Assembly (NCBI GenBank): GCA_025458045.1 | Contig: JALOTE010000011.1 | Location: forward strand, 4,410-68,409 | Length of the DNA: 64,000 nt | Direction: 5' to 3' | Source: Rhizobiaceae bacterium | GTDB taxonomy: Bacteria; Pseudomonadota; Alphaproteobacteria; Rhizobiales; Rhizobiaceae | Shown here: in pieces, positions 62,991 to 64,000 of the stretch | Numbering within the stretch: position 1 is the first letter of the stretch | Layout of the letters: every line of letters begins with the position of its first letter | Notes under the pieces: generated by a model | Told to the model about the DNA's origin: nothing | The model's input: the letters and a program-made list of their open reading frames with translations, nothing else | Database searches by the model: none | Position numbers and translations under genes: made by a program

Positions 62991-64000
62991 TGGCTGTGTT
63001 CGGCTTCACGCTGCACGCGACCGATGGCGCGGCACGGCTTGGGACGGTGCAGACAGGCCGCGGTGACATCCGCACGCCCGCTTTCATGCCGGTTGGCACG
63101 GTCGGCACGGTCAAGGCGATGTATCTGAGCCAGATCGAGGCGATGGGTGCCGACATCATCCTTGGCAACACCTATCATCTGATGCTGCGGCCCGGCGCCG
63201 AGCGCGTGGCGCGGCTGGGCGGGTTGCATCATTTCATCGGTTGGAAGCGCCCGATCCTGACGGATTCCGGCGGCTTTCAGGTCATGTCGCTTTCGGGATT
63301 GCGAACGCTCAATGAAAAGGGTGTGACCTTTCGCAGCCATGTCGACGGCTCGAAGCATGAGATGAGCCCGGAACGCTCCATTGAAATCCAGGGACTGCTC
63401 GGCTCCGACATCCAGATGCAGCTTGATGAATGCGTGGCTCTACCTGCCGAGCGGCCAGCCATCGAGAAGGCGATGGAACTTTCGCTGCGCTGGGCCGAGC
63501 GCTGCAAGGTTGCGTTTGGCGACCAGCCGGGCAAGGCGATGTTCGGCATCGTGCAGGGCGGAACCGAGCCTGATCTGCGCATCCGTTCGGCGCAAGCGCT
63601 CGCCGCGATGGATCTGAAGGGCTATGCGGTTGGCGGGCTCGCCGTCGGCGAGCCGCAAGCCGTGATGCTGGACACGATCTCCGTGACATTGCCGCATCTG
63701 CCGTCGCACAAGCCGCGTTACCTGATGGGCGTCGGCACGCCGGAGGACCTGCTGCGTTCGGTCGCGCGCGGCATCGACATGTTCGATTGTGTCATGCCGA
63801 CGCGATCAGGCCGCCACGGGCTGGCCTTCACCCGGCGCGGCAAGGTGAATCTGCGCAATGCGCGCCATGCCGAGGACCCGCGTCCGTTGGACGAGGAGAG
63901 CGACTGCCCGGCGGCGCGCGATTACAGCCGGGCCTATCTGCACCATCTGTTCAAGGCCAATGAAGCGTTGGGTGCGATGCTGCTCTCATGGAACAATCTG
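62987..64000 (+). CDS. tgt: Queuine tRNA-ribosyltransferase (3' end outside window)
   Basis: The ATG at 62987 overlaps the queA stop (ATGA). My own translation gives [45 protein letters not shown]...LTDSGGFQV...GLAVGE...[11 protein letters not shown]...DCVMPTR, and the frame stays open to the window end. It is absent from the ORF track because no stop falls inside the window. Confidence 0.93.
   Translation, partial: MMAVFGFTLHATDGAARLGTVQTGRGDIRTPAFMPVGTVGTVKAMYLSQIEAMGADIILGNTYHLMLRPGAERVARLGGLHHFIGWKRPILTDSGGFQVMSLSGLRTLNEKGVTFRSHVDGSKHEMSPERSIEIQGLLGSDIQMQLDECVALPAERPAIEKAMELSLRWAERCKVAFGDQPGKAMFGIVQGGTEPDLRIRSAQALAAMDLKGYAVGGLAVGEPQAVMLDTISVTLPHLPSHKPRYLMGVGTPEDLLRSVARGIDMFDCVMPTRSGRHGLAFTRRGKVNLRNARHAEDPRPLDEESDCPAARDYSRAYLHHLFKANEALGAMLLSWNNL

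Overview
This is a high-GC alphaproteobacterial chromosome segment. I hand-counted about 57-65% G+C per 60-nt line in typical genes. Gene order is typical of the Hyphomicrobiales/Rhizobiales core genome and almost fully coding. In order it contains: the tail of the ribosomal-protein supercluster (secY-adk-rpsM-rpsK-rpoA-rplQ), small housekeeping genes, gdh and gst, a DadA-like dehydrogenase, the NDUFA12-like/DUF2155 pair, aroQ-accB-accC-aat, rne / amiC-mrcA-prfB, bcp, a large AsmA-like protein, tyrS, anmK, a complete suf Fe-S operon, rhlE, lrp-fkbM / trxB-lysR, glnB-glnA, nnr, uvrA / ssb, gyrA, coaD, ppiA-ppiB and queA-tgt. I saw no rRNA, tRNA, CRISPR array, transposase, integrase or obvious prophage or defence island, so most of the window is ordinary core genome. 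The items worth a second look are: (1) a tandem glycine riboswitch in front of a DadA-like FAD dehydrogenase rather than gcv genes; (2) a ~0.78 kb low-GC insertion between sufB and sufC carrying two or three small unrecognised ORFs, two of them coiled-coil and overlapping by 8 nt (the only accessory-looking DNA here); (3) a three-hairpin, anti-SD-loop sRNA candidate with its own promoter and terminator downstream of the trxB-linked LysR gene, which is the position of AbcR sRNAs in rhizobia; (4) anmK split across two frames at a site missing about 5 conserved residues; (5) the canonical prfB +1 frameshift site. There are also several regulatory motifs: an SOS box between uvrA and ssb, a sigma-54 promoter for glnB, and an Irr-like box before sufB. 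All calls come from reading the sequence and remembered family motifs; no searches were run.
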